From: a virus
Direction: 5' to 3' (one strand)
IMG/VR virus record: IMGVR_UViG_3300042465_007929
Location: 32,001-96,000 of that record
DNA: 64,000 nt
In this document: positions 31,160 through 40,317 of the stretch, piece by piece
How positions within the stretch are numbered: position 1 is the stretch's first letter
Layout: the number at the start of each line of letters is the position of its first letter
Made by a program: the position numbers and the translations under genes
The notes under the pieces: generated by a model
What the model saw: only the letters and a program-made list of their open reading frames with translations
Databases searched by the model: none
What the model was told of the DNA's origin: nothing

Positions 31160-31259
31160 TATTTATTATACAGTATAATCATTTTATCTATTTGATTTTC
31201 TATATATTTTCTTAAATTTATAATCATCGCCATCCTCCTTGAAGGATAGATGTATTCGA

Positions 31260-32084
31260 TTAATAAGTATTTATAATTTCTGTGTTATGATAAATATTTC
31301 CGTGTTGATATATTATATCTTTGAAAAATAAAAACTTGTCCTTATTTTCTAGTGAATTTAAAGCTATATATCTTATTATATGATCTCCCCAACGATATTT
31401 ATAAATACCTGCTGTTTCATCTAAATATTTATAAAATAATTGATATTCACTCGAATTAAACCATTCTAAATTAAAAATTTCAAAATTAGTATAAAAAACT
31501 CTTCTATAATGAAATTCTTTTTCATTATTAAAAATTTTATCCTTATTAATTTTTTTGAAATATTTTTCTGAAATTTCCCATAAGTCTTTTATTACTGCTG
31601 GATGATCATGTTGTATATTAATGTATCCATAAATAGAATTATTTTTATTCATATCTAAAAATACATCTGATTTTATTTTATCTAAAATAAATGAATCAGT
31701 ATCTAATCTCCAAATATACTTATAGTCTTTAAGTATATCTTGTTTAAAAATTTCTCCAGTAAAAAAACGACACATATGTCTATATCCCATAGAAAATCCT
31801 ATATGATTTGAATCTTGTGGGTGAGGAAAGTATTCTGGTATTTCCGCTAAAATATCAGCATTATAATTTGGAATTTCAAAAGATATTTCTTGAAATATTA
31901 AATTAATTTTAAAAGTTTTAATTAAATTAGCTATTTCATATTTACAAAAGTCTTTTTCATGAAAACATATTACATCACATGGATAATCATCTAGATAAAA
32001 ATTAATTAAATTATTTAAACTAATTTTAAAATGATTTTTATCTTCTTCTGAATTATTTAATAAATAAACTATTGCGTTTTTCAT
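31260..32084 (-). CDS. GT15 (Kre2/Mnt1-like) alpha-1,2-mannosyltransferase
   Basis: GYRHMCRFF, YIWRLDTD, FYTNFEI, LD..GIYKYRWGD. Confidence 0.8.
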   Translation of the reverse strand: MKNAIVYLLNNSEEDKNHFKISLNNLINFYLDDYPCDVICFHEKDFCKYEIANLIKTFKINLIFQEISFEIPNYNADILAEIPEYFPHPQDSNHIGFSMGYRHMCRFFTGEIFKQDILKDYKYIWRLDTDSFILDKIKSDVFLDMNKNNSIYGYINIQHDHPAVIKDLWEISEKYFKKINKDKIFNNEKEFHYRRVFYTNFEIFNLEWFNSSEYQLFYKYLDETAGIYKYRWGDHIIRYIALNSLENKDKFLFFKDIIYQHGNIYHNTEIINTY

Positions 32085-32701
32085 AAAATCCATCCAATTT
32101 GATATCCTTCGAAATATTTTTTAGCTCCAATGTCTTCCATAAATTTATTTACATATTGAGATTTGCCTATCTTTCCATCTGTAAAAAATGCATCATGATC
32201 ATCAATAACTATAAGGGTTCCTTTATTTAATTTATTTATTAATGCACAAAGCTCTTTTAAATGATGCAGTTGCGATGGTATTGGATCATGTATTTCAACA
32301 TCAAAAGAGTCTAAATAAACAAAATCTATATTTTCTTTTATATTTAAATTCCACAAAAATTTAACTGAGTCGCTAACGGTTATTTCCGTTTTTTTAGAAA
32401 CCATTTTTTCAGCGTGTTCACAATTATCTTTAGATATATCTACGGATAGCACTTGACCATTATAATGATTAATAAATTCATCAAATAGATATGTGCTGCA
32501 TCCATCATCACCAAAACATAAATTTCCAAAAGACGCTCTCATGCATCCGGTTTCAATTATTGTATAAAAATTTTTATTTTTTAATTCAAGAAATTCAAAA
32601 ATTTTTAAGAATGAATCAGCTCTATTTCTTACTGGATTTCCATTGTTAGGTGTTAATAATTTATTGTAATACTTTTCTTTAAATATTTGAGAAAATTTCA
32701 T
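32081..32701 (-). CDS. class I SAM-dependent methyltransferase (probably glycan O-methylation)
   Basis: IIETG, SVDI, DSVKFL, IDFVYLDS, IVIDD. Confidence 0.8.
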   Translation of the reverse strand: MKFSQIFKEKYYNKLLTPNNGNPVRNRADSFLKIFEFLELKNKNFYTIIETGCMRASFGNLCFGDDGCSTYLFDEFINHYNGQVLSVDISKDNCEHAEKMVSKKTEITVSDSVKFLWNLNIKENIDFVYLDSFDVEIHDPIPSQLHHLKELCALINKLNKGTLIVIDDHDAFFTDGKIGKSQYVNKFMEDIGAKKYFEGYQIGWIL

Positions 32702-33564
32702 ATGATATTGGAGTTTAAAAAAAATGGTTGAGTTGGAAAGCTAAAATTATAATTTGTATTTTTTAGCATGTATTTATCTGGCTGGTATATTATAAATTTA
32801 TTATAAGCTGATGCCGAAGAACAGAATGATGAATTTGATGATATTATATTTTTACTAAAAAAAAGACATAACCAGTCTATATGAAATTCATTATTGATAT
32901 ATGAGAAATTTAATTTTGGAAATTTTTGTTTTAAAAAATTTAAATTTTTAATAAAAGATCCATCTTCTGTAAATATATTTACATTTTTAATCCAAGGATA
33001 ATTTATTATCATATTTTCCAAGCATTCAATGTAATATGTCAGATCTAGTCTAATATCTCCAAATAATTTAGAGTAATAATATTGAAAATCCGTCCCTCTA
33101 TAATGCATAGAAATAGAATCATTTTCAAATAAATTGCTATATTTATGGTAGATATAATTTTTTACTTCTTCTTTGATAATTAATTTATTAAATATTTTTT
33201 TTGTTGGATAAAGTGGGCAATTATAAAACCAACCATTTAAAATGGAATTTGTTGGAAAATCTATTGATTTATTATATAGCAAATTAATAGAATTTATTAA
33301 ATTAGATTCATCTTGAGCTTTATAAGTATTTAAATCATCATCAAATAACTCAGAAAAAATATTTACGACATTGTTTGGCATCGATTCTTTATACTCTTCT
33401 AAATAAAATATTTTATCAAGATTTGAATCAACTGGTATTTTTAGATTTAAATTTTGTTTTTCACTCAAATTTAAACAAAACATTAAATGTAATATATGAT
33501 TTCCAAATGAGGCGTTTGGCCCATTTTGTAATAAATAATTAGGATTAAGAAATATATTTTTCAT
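32698..33564 (-). CDS. GT11-like alpha-1,2-fucosyltransferase
   Basis: FGN, SMHYRGTDF, YY, IFTED, IISSNSSF. Confidence 0.75.
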   Translation of the reverse strand: MKNIFLNPNYLLQNGPNASFGNHILHLMFCLNLSEKQNLNLKIPVDSNLDKIFYLEEYKESMPNNVVNIFSELFDDDLNTYKAQDESNLINSINLLYNKSIDFPTNSILNGWFYNCPLYPTKKIFNKLIIKEEVKNYIYHKYSNLFENDSISMHYRGTDFQYYYSKLFGDIRLDLTYYIECLENMIINYPWIKNVNIFTEDGSFIKNLNFLKQKFPKLNFSYINNEFHIDWLCLFFSKNIISSNSSFCSSASAYNKFIIYQPDKYMLKNTNYNFSFPTQPFFLNSNII

Positions 33565-35033
33565 AATATATTTAAAATTTTATTACATACTGAATTTATA
33601 GTAAAATATTTTTTATATATATATTTGCCATTTTCAAGCATTTTATTATATTGTTCATCAGAAATATTATTTAATATAATTTCTAAATTATCTATGTCAT
33701 TTTCTTTTATTAAAATACAAAAATCATTCCAGTCAATTTCATCATCAAATGGAGTAAAAAATTGATCTGATACATAAACTGGAATTGATCCTAATTGAAG
33801 TATTTCATAAAACCTAAATGAAGATCTTATATTGCCTCTAGGAGCTAATGAGAATTTTGATTTTTTTGTAATTTCTATAAAATTCTTAAATTCGTTTTCA
33901 GATATTAATGGGTTCCAACTTTTAATAGAAAAAAGAAAATTATTATTATTTTTAAATAAATTATAAATTTTATGTCTAATTGGATGAGTCATTGATCCAA
34001 CGAAAGAACATAAAATATCTTTATTTTGATATTTATTTTCAATATTCAATTCAGTTGTTATTAACGGGATTGGAATAATTTTACCGTTTCCATTTTCAGT
34101 ACATGAAAATACTAATGTATCTGGCGGCAAATTATATTTTACTCCATCATCGTGTTGAATGACTGTAAAATATTTTTTATCCTTTGGTAAAGAATCTAAA
34201 ATAAATTGAATATCAATTTTATGATTATCATTATATAATGTAGTCCAAAAAGCTGGTATATATTCTCTTTCTTTTAGATTGAAATTTTTAATATTTGTAT
34301 GATAAAAATCAAAAAACGAATGTTCTATATAATCTTTTACATTGCTATATGGAGGATATGTTGCATATTTAGGTGGATATGGAATTAGTAAATTCTCTTT
34401 TTCTTCTAAGAAATTAAATACAGAGTTCATTAAATCCGTTTTGTCTTTTAAATTTAATGTAAAATTTGCATGAAATATTTTCATATTAGAAGGGATATTA
34501 AAAGATTCTTTTTGTGAATACATTTTATTTTCCATTCCAATTGTATAAGTTCGTAAATCAAATAATTTCCATTTTAACGAAGAAAACTCTATACTATTTA
34601 ATAATGAATTTGCACAATGTTGATCGTCAATATGAAAACAGAGATTAGATAGTAGCTTATTAAAAAAATCAATTGTTATATCATTTTTAACACATGCAAA
34701 AAAACCCATGCATACTCCAGTAGAGTCCCATTGAAATGATATATCATTATTATCTAATGATTCTTTAATATAGTTATCTATATCAGAACATATTAAAATA
34801 TCACAATCTGAATGTATCATGATTTCACCATCATTACATTGATTTAAGCTATCAATAATATATTGTATTTTATTGATCATTGATTCTTGCCATCCATTAG
34901 AATGGTAATCTCCAGAACATTTTTGCTCTATTTTTCTAACAATTAAATCTAAATTGCAATTTTTAAAAAAAGATTTTAAAAAAAGATCTAATAAATGCTT
35001 ATGAGAATCGCTATAAAATGTAAAAAATTTCAT
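33561..35033 (-). CDS. fused GT77-like (nucleotide-diphospho-sugar transferase) and GT47 exostosin-like glycosyltransferase
   Basis: N-half: K..YI, SDCDI, CMGFF, DDQ, FHANF; C-half: SFVG, SKFSLAPRG, SFRFYE..LGSIPVYVSD, PF...IDW. Confidence 0.8.
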   Translation of the reverse strand: MKFFTFYSDSHKHLLDLFLKSFFKNCNLDLIVRKIEQKCSGDYHSNGWQESMINKIQYIIDSLNQCNDGEIMIHSDCDILICSDIDNYIKESLDNNDISFQWDSTGVCMGFFACVKNDITIDFFNKLLSNLCFHIDDQHCANSLLNSIEFSSLKWKLFDLRTYTIGMENKMYSQKESFNIPSNMKIFHANFTLNLKDKTDLMNSVFNFLEEKENLLIPYPPKYATYPPYSNVKDYIEHSFFDFYHTNIKNFNLKEREYIPAFWTTLYNDNHKIDIQFILDSLPKDKKYFTVIQHDDGVKYNLPPDTLVFSCTENGNGKIIPIPLITTELNIENKYQNKDILCSFVGSMTHPIRHKIYNLFKNNNNFLFSIKSWNPLISENEFKNFIEITKKSKFSLAPRGNIRSSFRFYEILQLGSIPVYVSDQFFTPFDDEIDWNDFCILIKENDIDNLEIILNNISDEQYNKMLENGKYIYKKYFTINSVCNKILNIL

Positions 35034-35734
35034 TGATATTTATTTCTAATTAATAGTACCTCATTTATTGCTTTTTGTAAAGTATTTTGATTGCTAGAAA
35101 CTCCTAATGGATTTCTATAGTACAAACCAGATGTAATATCCATTTTACTTAATATACCACCCCCCTTTAATACTCTAAACCACATATCGTAATCTGCACC
35201 AGAAAAATATGATGTATTAAATATACCAAATCTATCATGAATAGATTTTCTCCATACAGGAAGACAGTGTGGAGAGTTGTGGATTAATTGATTTTCCAAA
35301 GTCCCATCTAATGCTTGATAAACCTCTTTAGATTGGCAGAATTCAAAAAATTCATTTTCTTTATAACTTATTATTGTCTGTCCATAACAAACATCTGATT
35401 CTAAATTTGATTCTAAAAACTCTACCTGCTTTTGAAGAGAATTATAAGATCTTCTATCATCAGTATTCCAATTCGTTAATAAATCTGAATTAGATAATTC
35501 TATGCCTTTATTCCAAGCTTCATAAACAGAACAATTCCCAATATTAATATATTTAATATTGGGATAAGATAGATAAGGCTCTATTGATAAATATTCGTTA
35601 TCTGGAGATCCAGCATCTAATAGCAAAAATTCACATTCATGAAATATAGACTGTCTTCTTATATCTTGTAAGAAATGATCAATAAATTGATTAGATTTAA
35701 AGATTGATACTATTACTGATACTCTATAGTTCAT
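35030..35734 (-). CDS. GT2 family glycosyltransferase
   Basis: VSVIVS, LLDAGSPD, AWNKGI, NTDD, ADYDMW. Confidence 0.88.
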   Translation of the reverse strand: MNYRVSVIVSIFKSNQFIDHFLQDIRRQSIFHECEFLLLDAGSPDNEYLSIEPYLSYPNIKYINIGNCSVYEAWNKGIELSNSDLLTNWNTDDRRSYNSLQKQVEFLESNLESDVCYGQTIISYKENEFFEFCQSKEVYQALDGTLENQLIHNSPHCLPVWRKSIHDRFGIFNTSYFSGADYDMWFRVLKGGGILSKMDITSGLYYRNPLGVSSNQNTLQKAINEVLLIRNKYQ

Positions 35735-35753
35735 GCTAATGCATGATTATAAA

Positions 35754-36731
35754 TTAAATATTTTCTTCTTCAATAAATATTTTGACTTCTTGTAAGTCTG
35801 GATTTTCAACAAAAAGATCTTCTTGAGAGACAAATGTGGATTCATCCCAATTCCACTCTAATCCATCATCATCGCTTAAAAGAAACTCTTCGACAGAAGC
35901 TAAAGAAGATACTGGTTTTGAACTCCAGAATTTGCATGACCAGTAATTTGCTTTCCATTTTGGACCAACATTAGTATCACACTGATGTCTAGCTCTATAA
36001 TTCCTACGTCTTGCTGGATCATCACGTTTGATTTCCATATTTGGATCACCAAATTTAACAACTACAACATTACCTTTGTCATTTTTAACATAAACACCAA
36101 ATTTCTTATTAGATCCACTAGGAAGTCTAAAGGGTTTATTGAGTGTCTTTTTTTCTGCATCAGAAAATTCTAAATCTTCAGCTTCTTGATCTTGATTCCA
36201 AACTTCTATTCCAGCATAGATCAAATCTAATTTAGCCAAATCAAATTCAATATCTTGAAACTCCCAAAAAGATTCACCATCTCTTTCTATATAGTATAAA
36301 TCATGACCTTCCGCAACATCTTGGTCTGCTTTCTTATAAGAATCTTTAACTGATCCACCGCGAACCATTTTTAAAAACATATTGACTCTGGCCATCGCCC
36401 ATTGACCTCTGGTTTTTCCGGGTCTATGGCTAGATGAAAAAGCTCCAGAACCTCTACGATAAATTTTCTTTAATTGTGATAAAGTAACTTTTTTATCATA
36501 TTTTTCATTATGTTCTTTTACTTTGTTTTTTAAAGCTACAGTAATTTGTTCTGAAAAAGTAATAGAAGATGATTCTCCTGAAGACGCTGAATCTTTTTTA
36601 TTTTTTGATGATCCTCCTTTTCTTTCTTCTGGTTTAGCTGGTGTTTGAGCGTCACTTTTTGGACCCGAACGAGCAGCTTCAGAAGAATTAGAAAAAAACT
36701 CTTTTATTTTATCAGAAAAATCAAATTCCAT
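35754..36731 (-). CDS. two-domain viral protein (DUF5824-like plus KFG/RARH-C/YWS domain)
   Basis: LKKIYRRG.GAF..SHRPG...QWAMARV and VKFGDP...RRRNYRARHQC...ANYWSC. Confidence 0.6.
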   Translation of the reverse strand: MEFDFSDKIKEFFSNSSEAARSGPKSDAQTPAKPEERKGGSSKNKKDSASSGESSSITFSEQITVALKNKVKEHNEKYDKKVTLSQLKKIYRRGSGAFSSSHRPGKTRGQWAMARVNMFLKMVRGGSVKDSYKKADQDVAEGHDLYYIERDGESFWEFQDIEFDLAKLDLIYAGIEVWNQDQEAEDLEFSDAEKKTLNKPFRLPSGSNKKFGVYVKNDKGNVVVVKFGDPNMEIKRDDPARRRNYRARHQCDTNVGPKWKANYWSCKFWSSKPVSSLASVEEFLLSDDDGLEWNWDESTFVSQEDLFVENPDLQEVKIFIEEENI

Positions 36732-36755
36732 TATATTGTGCTTACACTTTTTTTA

Positions 36756-38405
36756 TTAAGCTTCACATGTAGAACATGTATTAATTGATCTTGCTAATTC
36801 TTGCGAAGGATTGCTTGATCGCTGATAATAAAGACTTTTGATTCCTTGCTCCCAAGCAAAAATCATTAATTCATTGATATCTTTAGGTTTTGTGCTTGCG
36901 GGAACCATGATATTGAGGCTTTGTCCTTGATCAATATATTTTTGACGTTGAGCCGCTTGAATAACAATTTCTTTTTGGGAAATTTCTCCAAAAGTTTTAA
37001 ATACATCTTTTTCATCTTGAGTAAGGAATGAGAGGTGTTGAACTGAACCTCCATGAGAAAGAATATCTTTCCACACCTCTATTGTGTTCATATTCTTCTC
37101 TTTAAGAAGATTAGAAAGGTATGGATTCTTGTATGTAAACTTTCCTTTAGCAAGATCTTTTGTAAAGTAATTGCTATTAAGAGGCTCAATTGACGGAGAG
37201 ACTTGACCAAGAATAAATGAACTTGAAGTGGTTGGAGCTATAGCGAGCGTTGTAGAGTTTCTACGATTATAACCCTTGAGGAGTTCTGGTTCGCCAAAAA
37301 TACTAGCTAGTTCTTGAGTCGCTTTATCACTATTCTCACGAATAGTCTTCCAAATTTCAATATTTAGAAGTTTAGCTTCCATTGATTCAAAGCCAATGAG
37401 CTTTGATTGGAGCAAGGAGTGCCACCCAAGGACTCCAACGCCTAACGCTCTTTGGTTCATGGCAAATTTTCTTGGAGCCTCCATGAAGGCTACCCCTTCT
37501 GTCTTTTCGATAAATTCAGACATAACTGCATCCAAAAAATAAACAAGAGTTTCGATAGCGTCTGTGCCGATCATAGTGTCCCATCTTTCCAAGTTCAAAG
37601 AAGAAAGATTACAAACAAATGATTCATCTTCTTGATTAGAGAGGAAGATTTCTGAGCAAAGATTTGAATTATTAATTTTTAAACCTTTGTCTTTATAAAC
37701 TTGTGGAGCTTGGTTGTTAGCGTTATCAGAAAAGAAGATATATGGATATCCTGTTTCAAATCTCTTCTTGATCACTAAGCCCCAAATCTTTCTAAGATCT
37801 TTGTCTCCATCAATCATTTTTTGCATCCATTCATTAGACACACACACTCCAATTGACATTTCTTGAATTTCGTGTCCATCCCCACGGATTTTTAGGAATT
37901 CTTCAATATCTGGATGATCAATAGGAAGATATGCAGCAAATGATCCGCGACGAACGTTGCCTTGCGAAACTACATTCATGAGCTTATCATAAAGTTCCAT
38001 AAAATGAACTGAACCTGTAGATTCTCCGCCAGAATTAATTGAAGTGCCTCTTCCGCGAAGCTCTCCAAAATAAGCGGATGTTCCACCACCCATCTTTGTC
38101 ATTATGCCAACTTCAGAAAGTTTACCAAGGATTCCTGACATAGTATCTGGAATATATGATCCAAAACAAGAAATAGGAAGACCTCTTTTGCGTCCAAAAT
38201 TACTCCAGATTGGAGAAGAGAGAGAATAAAAGCCTTTAGCCATATAACTTTCAAATTTTTTAGCAAAACCATCAATGCCTAAATATTTTTCAGCAGTATT
38301 TGCAATATCAATAATTCTTTGTTCTGGAGTTTCTTCCTCGATAAGATATCCTCTTTCCAGAAACTTTCTGGAATCTTTGTTTAGCCAATAGTATTCGTTA
38401 GTCAT
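36756..38405 (-). CDS. nrdA: ribonucleotide reductase alpha subunit (no ATP cone)
   Basis: ISCF, NLCSE, CNLSS, IAPT, IDQGQS, LYY, C-terminal CSTCEA. Confidence 0.95.
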   Translation of the reverse strand: MTNEYYWLNKDSRKFLERGYLIEEETPEQRIIDIANTAEKYLGIDGFAKKFESYMAKGFYSLSSPIWSNFGRKRGLPISCFGSYIPDTMSGILGKLSEVGIMTKMGGGTSAYFGELRGRGTSINSGGESTGSVHFMELYDKLMNVVSQGNVRRGSFAAYLPIDHPDIEEFLKIRGDGHEIQEMSIGVCVSNEWMQKMIDGDKDLRKIWGLVIKKRFETGYPYIFFSDNANNQAPQVYKDKGLKINNSNLCSEIFLSNQEDESFVCNLSSLNLERWDTMIGTDAIETLVYFLDAVMSEFIEKTEGVAFMEAPRKFAMNQRALGVGVLGWHSLLQSKLIGFESMEAKLLNIEIWKTIRENSDKATQELASIFGEPELLKGYNRRNSTTLAIAPTTSSSFILGQVSPSIEPLNSNYFTKDLAKGKFTYKNPYLSNLLKEKNMNTIEVWKDILSHGGSVQHLSFLTQDEKDVFKTFGEISQKEIVIQAAQRQKYIDQGQSLNIMVPASTKPKDINELMIFAWEQGIKSLYYQRSSNPSQELARSINTCSTCEA

Positions 38406-38407
38406 AA

Positions 38408-39379
38408 TTAAAATAGATCGTCTTCTCCAAATGATTGATTTTTCTTAGAGTATTCAGTTGGGCGGCTATGAAAAAAATCAGTCATATTATTGCCCAAAAG
38501 CTCTTCATCGAACCATGTAGTAGATGATAGCAGATCTTGGTTAATTTCAAAGACTTTTTTGAATCCAATTTGAATTAATGATTCATTGATTCTATTTTTA
38601 ATAAATTCTTTAAGAATTGGGGCTGATAATGATTTCTCATCAATACCATTAATCATCCAATCAACAATTTTACTTTCAGATTCAAATGCTTGTTCTGCTT
38701 CATGAGCAATTCTTTCTTCAAGCTCAGAATCAAATAAATCTGGATATTCCTCACGAATAGTGTTGATAATTTTAATTCCAACTAAAGCGTGAATATTCTC
38801 TTCATTACGAGTATATTTAACTTGTTGGTCAGTATCTTTCATGACGTTTTTAAAACGAGCAAAATGATTAATAATGTAAAACTGAGAAAATAAAGAAACA
38901 TTCTCTACAAACAAAGTAAAAAGAATCAAAGCATAAAGATATTGCTTTTTAGAATCTTTATAAAATTTATGGGTGTATTTTCTAAGATATTTTACGCGAC
39001 CCTGAATCCACTCTAGCTTCAAGTTTTCTTCAAATATATCCTCAATGTCTAACACACTAAGAAGGCGTTCGTAAGCGTTATTATGAATAACTTCCACATT
39101 AGCCATAACATACCCAAGATCTTGAAGAGCTGGATGAGGAAGATTATCTCCAAGTTTTGCCCAAAATGTTTTTACAGCGACTTCAATTTGTCCAACGGCA
39201 GAAAGTGTTCTGACAATAATTTCTCTTTCCTGATCAGAAAGATTCACTTTAAATTGCTGAACATCACTTTTAAAATTGAATTCTTTATCAGTCCAAAAAC
39301 CATTATGCATGGCTTCAATAAATTGTTCTGTCCAAGGGTATTTATTTGGTTTTCTTGAGATTTGTTCTTCGAATATCAT
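38408..39379 (-). CDS. nrdB: ribonucleotide reductase beta subunit, class Id-like
   Basis: QIEVAVKTFW, EVIHNNAY, ENVSLFSQF, EENIH, DFF..RPTEY. Confidence 0.93.
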   Translation of the reverse strand: MIFEEQISRKPNKYPWTEQFIEAMHNGFWTDKEFNFKSDVQQFKVNLSDQEREIIVRTLSAVGQIEVAVKTFWAKLGDNLPHPALQDLGYVMANVEVIHNNAYERLLSVLDIEDIFEENLKLEWIQGRVKYLRKYTHKFYKDSKKQYLYALILFTLFVENVSLFSQFYIINHFARFKNVMKDTDQQVKYTRNEENIHALVGIKIINTIREEYPDLFDSELEERIAHEAEQAFESESKIVDWMINGIDEKSLSAPILKEFIKNRINESLIQIGFKKVFEINQDLLSSTTWFDEELLGNNMTDFFHSRPTEYSKKNQSFGEDDLF

Positions 39380-39447
39380 AGCGTTATAGTTACACTATAA
39401 GGTGGAATCAAAAGATTGGCAAGTTGAAAATTTAAAAACTTTTTATC

Positions 39448-39476
39448 TTGACATTAAAAATAAAAGTGTGTATAAT
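39448..39476 (+). promoter_or_regulatory. consensus sigma70 promoter
   Basis: TTGACA-17 bp-TATAAT exact. Confidence 0.85.
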
Positions 39477-39490
39477 TGAAGATTCTTACA

Positions 39491-39650
39491 GATTACGTTA
39501 TTCTTTTTTCGATAACGATTCACAAATAAAATTAATAAAATATCTTATTTAATTCTTATACGATTACTCTTTAAATAAGATAAACGATTACGAATAAAGA
39601 TAACGATTTACGAATATAAATTAATATTATATTAATAACCGATTCTCGGT
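39491..39650 (+). repeat. clustered CGA(T/A)T direct repeats with a 20-bp imperfect tandem pair and palindromes
   Basis: CGATT at 39516, 39561, 39585, 39604, 39640; AAGATAAACGATTACGAATA (39577-39596) next to AAGATAACGATTTACGAATA (39597-39616). Confidence 0.75.
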
Positions 39651-39676
39651 GCTTCGCGTTATATTTTATTTTTTAA

Positions 39677-39705
39677 TTGACATAATTATATATATTTAAT
39701 ATATT
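39677..39705 (+). promoter_or_regulatory. sigma70-like promoter for the dNMP kinase-sigma-ssb operon
   Basis: TTGACA-17-TATATT, 15 nt before ATG 39721. Confidence 0.7.
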
Positions 39706-39720
39706 AATTTTTAATCACTT

Positions 39721-40317
39721 ATGGACATTAATAAAAATATTATTGCAATCGGAGGAAATGCTCGATCAGGAAAAGATACATTAGGCAAAAATCTTGTATA
39801 TATTCTTAAAGAATATGGAATTAATGCAAAAACTTACTCTTTTGCTAGCCAATTAAAACAAGAAACAGATGAATTCCTGAAAAAAACATTAGGAATATCT
39901 GCTTTTACTGAAAACGATAATGAAAAAAATATTATTAGACCTTTCCTTGTTTTTTGGGGTACTGAAGTTCGACGAAAAAATGATGATCTTGTTTGGGTGA
40001 AGCAATTAGAAGATTCATTAACTTCTAATGAAGTCGCTATTATTACTGACCTTAGATTCCCTAATGAATTAAAATGGGTTAGAGATAATGAAGGACAGGT
40101 GATCTTCTTGTCAAGAATTCTTGAAGATGGCTCATTGGTTGAGCCAGCTAATGATTATGAATTAAAAAATAATATTAAAATCTCTGAAGAAGCAGATAAT
40201 AATTTCACTTGGTTCTCATCAAATAATGATGATTTGCTTAAATCATTAGCTAATGAAGTATTAGACAGTATATTAACAGAAGAAAGATTTGAATCATGGA
40301 AAGCGACTTGTCTTTAA
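39721..40317 (+). CDS. deoxynucleoside monophosphate kinase (T4 gp1-like)
   Basis: GNARSGKDT, SFA..LK, R..L..WGTE.RR, IITDLRFPNE. Confidence 0.85.
   Translation: MDINKNIIAIGGNARSGKDTLGKNLVYILKEYGINAKTYSFASQLKQETDEFLKKTLGISAFTENDNEKNIIRPFLVFWGTEVRRKNDDLVWVKQLEDSLTSNEVAIITDLRFPNELKWVRDNEGQVIFLSRILEDGSLVEPANDYELKNNIKISEEADNNFTWFSSNNDDLLKSLANEVLDSILTEERFESWKATCL

Noticed and set aside
30113-36731. Giant-virus or eukaryotic origin of the whole window
   Set aside because: Despite the eukaryote-type GT and lectin families, the lambdoid tail genes, DnaE/DnaB/DnaG, sigma factor and sigma70 promoters indicate a bacteriophage.
20383-39379. Inteins or introns in dnaE, dnaB, recA or nrdA
   Set aside because: No extra length, no C...HN-[CST] junctions and no homing endonuclease motifs.
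39491-39650. Mini CRISPR array
   Set aside because: The repeats are short, degenerate and irregularly spaced with no uniform spacers. The Cas4-like nuclease is a common phage replication gene 14 kb away.
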